Source: an uncultured Methanolobus sp. (GTDB lineage Archaea; Halobacteriota; Methanosarcinia; Methanosarcinales; Methanosarcinaceae). From it: a DNA stretch of 64,000 nt. The stretch lies in NCBI GenBank assembly GCA_963675495.1, contig OY776215.1, positions 416,001 through 480,000 on the forward strand. Reading direction: 5' to 3'. Below, one piece after another: positions 62,846-64,000 of the stretch. The notes beneath the pieces are model-generated. The model worked only from the letters and a program-made list of their open reading frames with translations. It was not told where the DNA came from and did not search any database. The stretch's first letter is position 1, and each line of letters begins with the position of its first letter. A program made the translations under genes and the position numbers.

Positions 62846-63469
62846 ATGCCTTACGATTCAAGTGATGAAAACGAGGACTACGAGATAGAAGTCGTCGAGG
62901 AGTACATAGGGGATTACGGAAGTATCCACTCCATAGTGCGTGAGGCGTTACCATTTGAACTCATGGCAACCATTGGAGGAGTAATCTCAGGATTAATTCT
63001 CTCAGGAATGAGCAACGAACTGGAACTCATACCAGGATTAATTGTCATCACACCCGCTGTACTTGGCATGCGAGGGAATATATCCTGCACATTAGGCTCC
63101 CGTCTTGGAAGTGCCATACACATGGGTCTTATCACAAAGATAGACCGCAATCCCGAACTTATAAACAATGTTTCAGGGTCCCTCTTATTGAGTCTGATGA
63201 TGTCTTTTATACTTGGAATCGTGGGCCATCTGATAACCGTGGGCCTTGGCCTGCAAAGTGCAGGAGCATTCACCCTTACATTGATCGCTGTCATAGCAGG
63301 AGTATCCTCAGGACTCATTCTTGCATTCGTTGCGGTCCTGCTTGCTCTTGGTATGTTCCGCTTCGGATTCGATCCTGATAATGTAGTCACTCCTGCCATT
63401 GCCACTATTGGTGACATCGTATCCATGGTAATGCTCTTTCTGGCTGCAAAGGTGGTGCTTATGATATGA
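62846..63469 (+). CDS. MgtE integral-membrane-domain divalent cation transporter
   Basis: 'GMRGNI...GSRLGSAIHMG', 'FDPDNVVTP...GD'. Confidence 0.88.
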   Translation: MPYDSSDENEDYEIEVVEEYIGDYGSIHSIVREALPFELMATIGGVISGLILSGMSNELELIPGLIVITPAVLGMRGNISCTLGSRLGSAIHMGLITKIDRNPELINNVSGSLLLSLMMSFILGIVGHLITVGLGLQSAGAFTLTLIAVIAGVSSGLILAFVAVLLALGMFRFGFDPDNVVTPAIATIGDIVSMVMLFLAAKVVLMI

Positions 63470-64000
63470 GCTACTATACAGTCAAGGGAATTGTAGCCAG
63501 AGGGTTCCCCATTCTTCTAATCACATCGGTCATAGGAATACTAGCTGGCCAGGTACTCAATATTGAGATTGAGAAACTTATCTCCATGCCCATCATACTT
63601 GTACTCATACCTGCGCTGATCAAGATTGGCGGGGATACAGGAAGCATGCTAGGTGCAAGACTATCATCATCCTTTCACATGGGTCTTGGAAGTCATCTTC
63701 GAAGAAACCCGGTTGTCCGCAATAGTGTTCTTGCAGCACTTATAGTAGGCCTTGGTGCCTGCTTCTTTGTGGGTATAATAGTATGGATCACAGGAACAAT
63801 TCTTGGAATTGGACTTCCATTTATAACCCTCATGGCCCTGTGCCTTATAGCCGGCTCATTTGAGCTAATAGCTGTCTTTTCAGCCACCATCACGATCGCA
63901 TTTGCATCTCACAGGTTTGGGGTGGATCCCGATGACACAGTAATTCCGCTTATCGCCACCCTTGGCGACCTTATAGGTGTCATCGGAATATTCGCAACCA
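63466..64000 (+). CDS. Second MgtE integral-membrane-domain protein (runs off window end)
   Basis: ATGA overlap with the previous gene; MSYYTVKGIV...GGDTGSMLGARLSSSFHMG...GVDPDDTVIPLIATLGDL. Confidence 0.85.
   Translation, partial: MSYYTVKGIVARGFPILLITSVIGILAGQVLNIEIEKLISMPIILVLIPALIKIGGDTGSMLGARLSSSFHMGLGSHLRRNPVVRNSVLAALIVGLGACFFVGIIVWITGTILGIGLPFITLMALCLIAGSFELIAVFSATITIAFASHRFGVDPDDTVIPLIATLGDLIGVIGIFAT

Overview
AT-rich archaeal chromosomal segment. The cdhA gene, DUF1608 S-layer protein, PGF-CTERM sorting signals, vorABC and a multiheme cytochrome point to a methylotrophic Methanosarcinaceae member, probably Methanolobus-like (inference). It carries about 45 CDS: partial cdhA, lysA, a sirtuin, nudC, gpmA, vorCBA, two XRE-cupin/acyl-CoA synthetase modules, paaK/paaI, malic enzyme, a JAMM protease, five orphan histidine kinases, several surface proteins, two MgtE-domain genes, and tRNA-Val(TAC). 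Most notable observations: (1) an HAO-family octaheme cytochrome c with a PGF-CTERM anchor and a non-crosslinking Trp; (2) a 142-bp tandem array that repeatedly copies the 3' end and CCA of tRNA-Val; (3) a small gene with an internal in-frame amber codon, a pyrrolysine read-through candidate; (4) a Cache-domain pentameric ligand-gated ion channel; (5) a TlpA-CcdA-DUF3179 extracytoplasmic redox operon; (6) an unannotated 37-aa membrane peptide gene; (7) an orphan NorD/CbbO-type VWA protein whose ATPase partner survives only as a remnant. No CRISPR array, integrase or transposase was seen. All family calls come from motif recognition by eye, with no database search.
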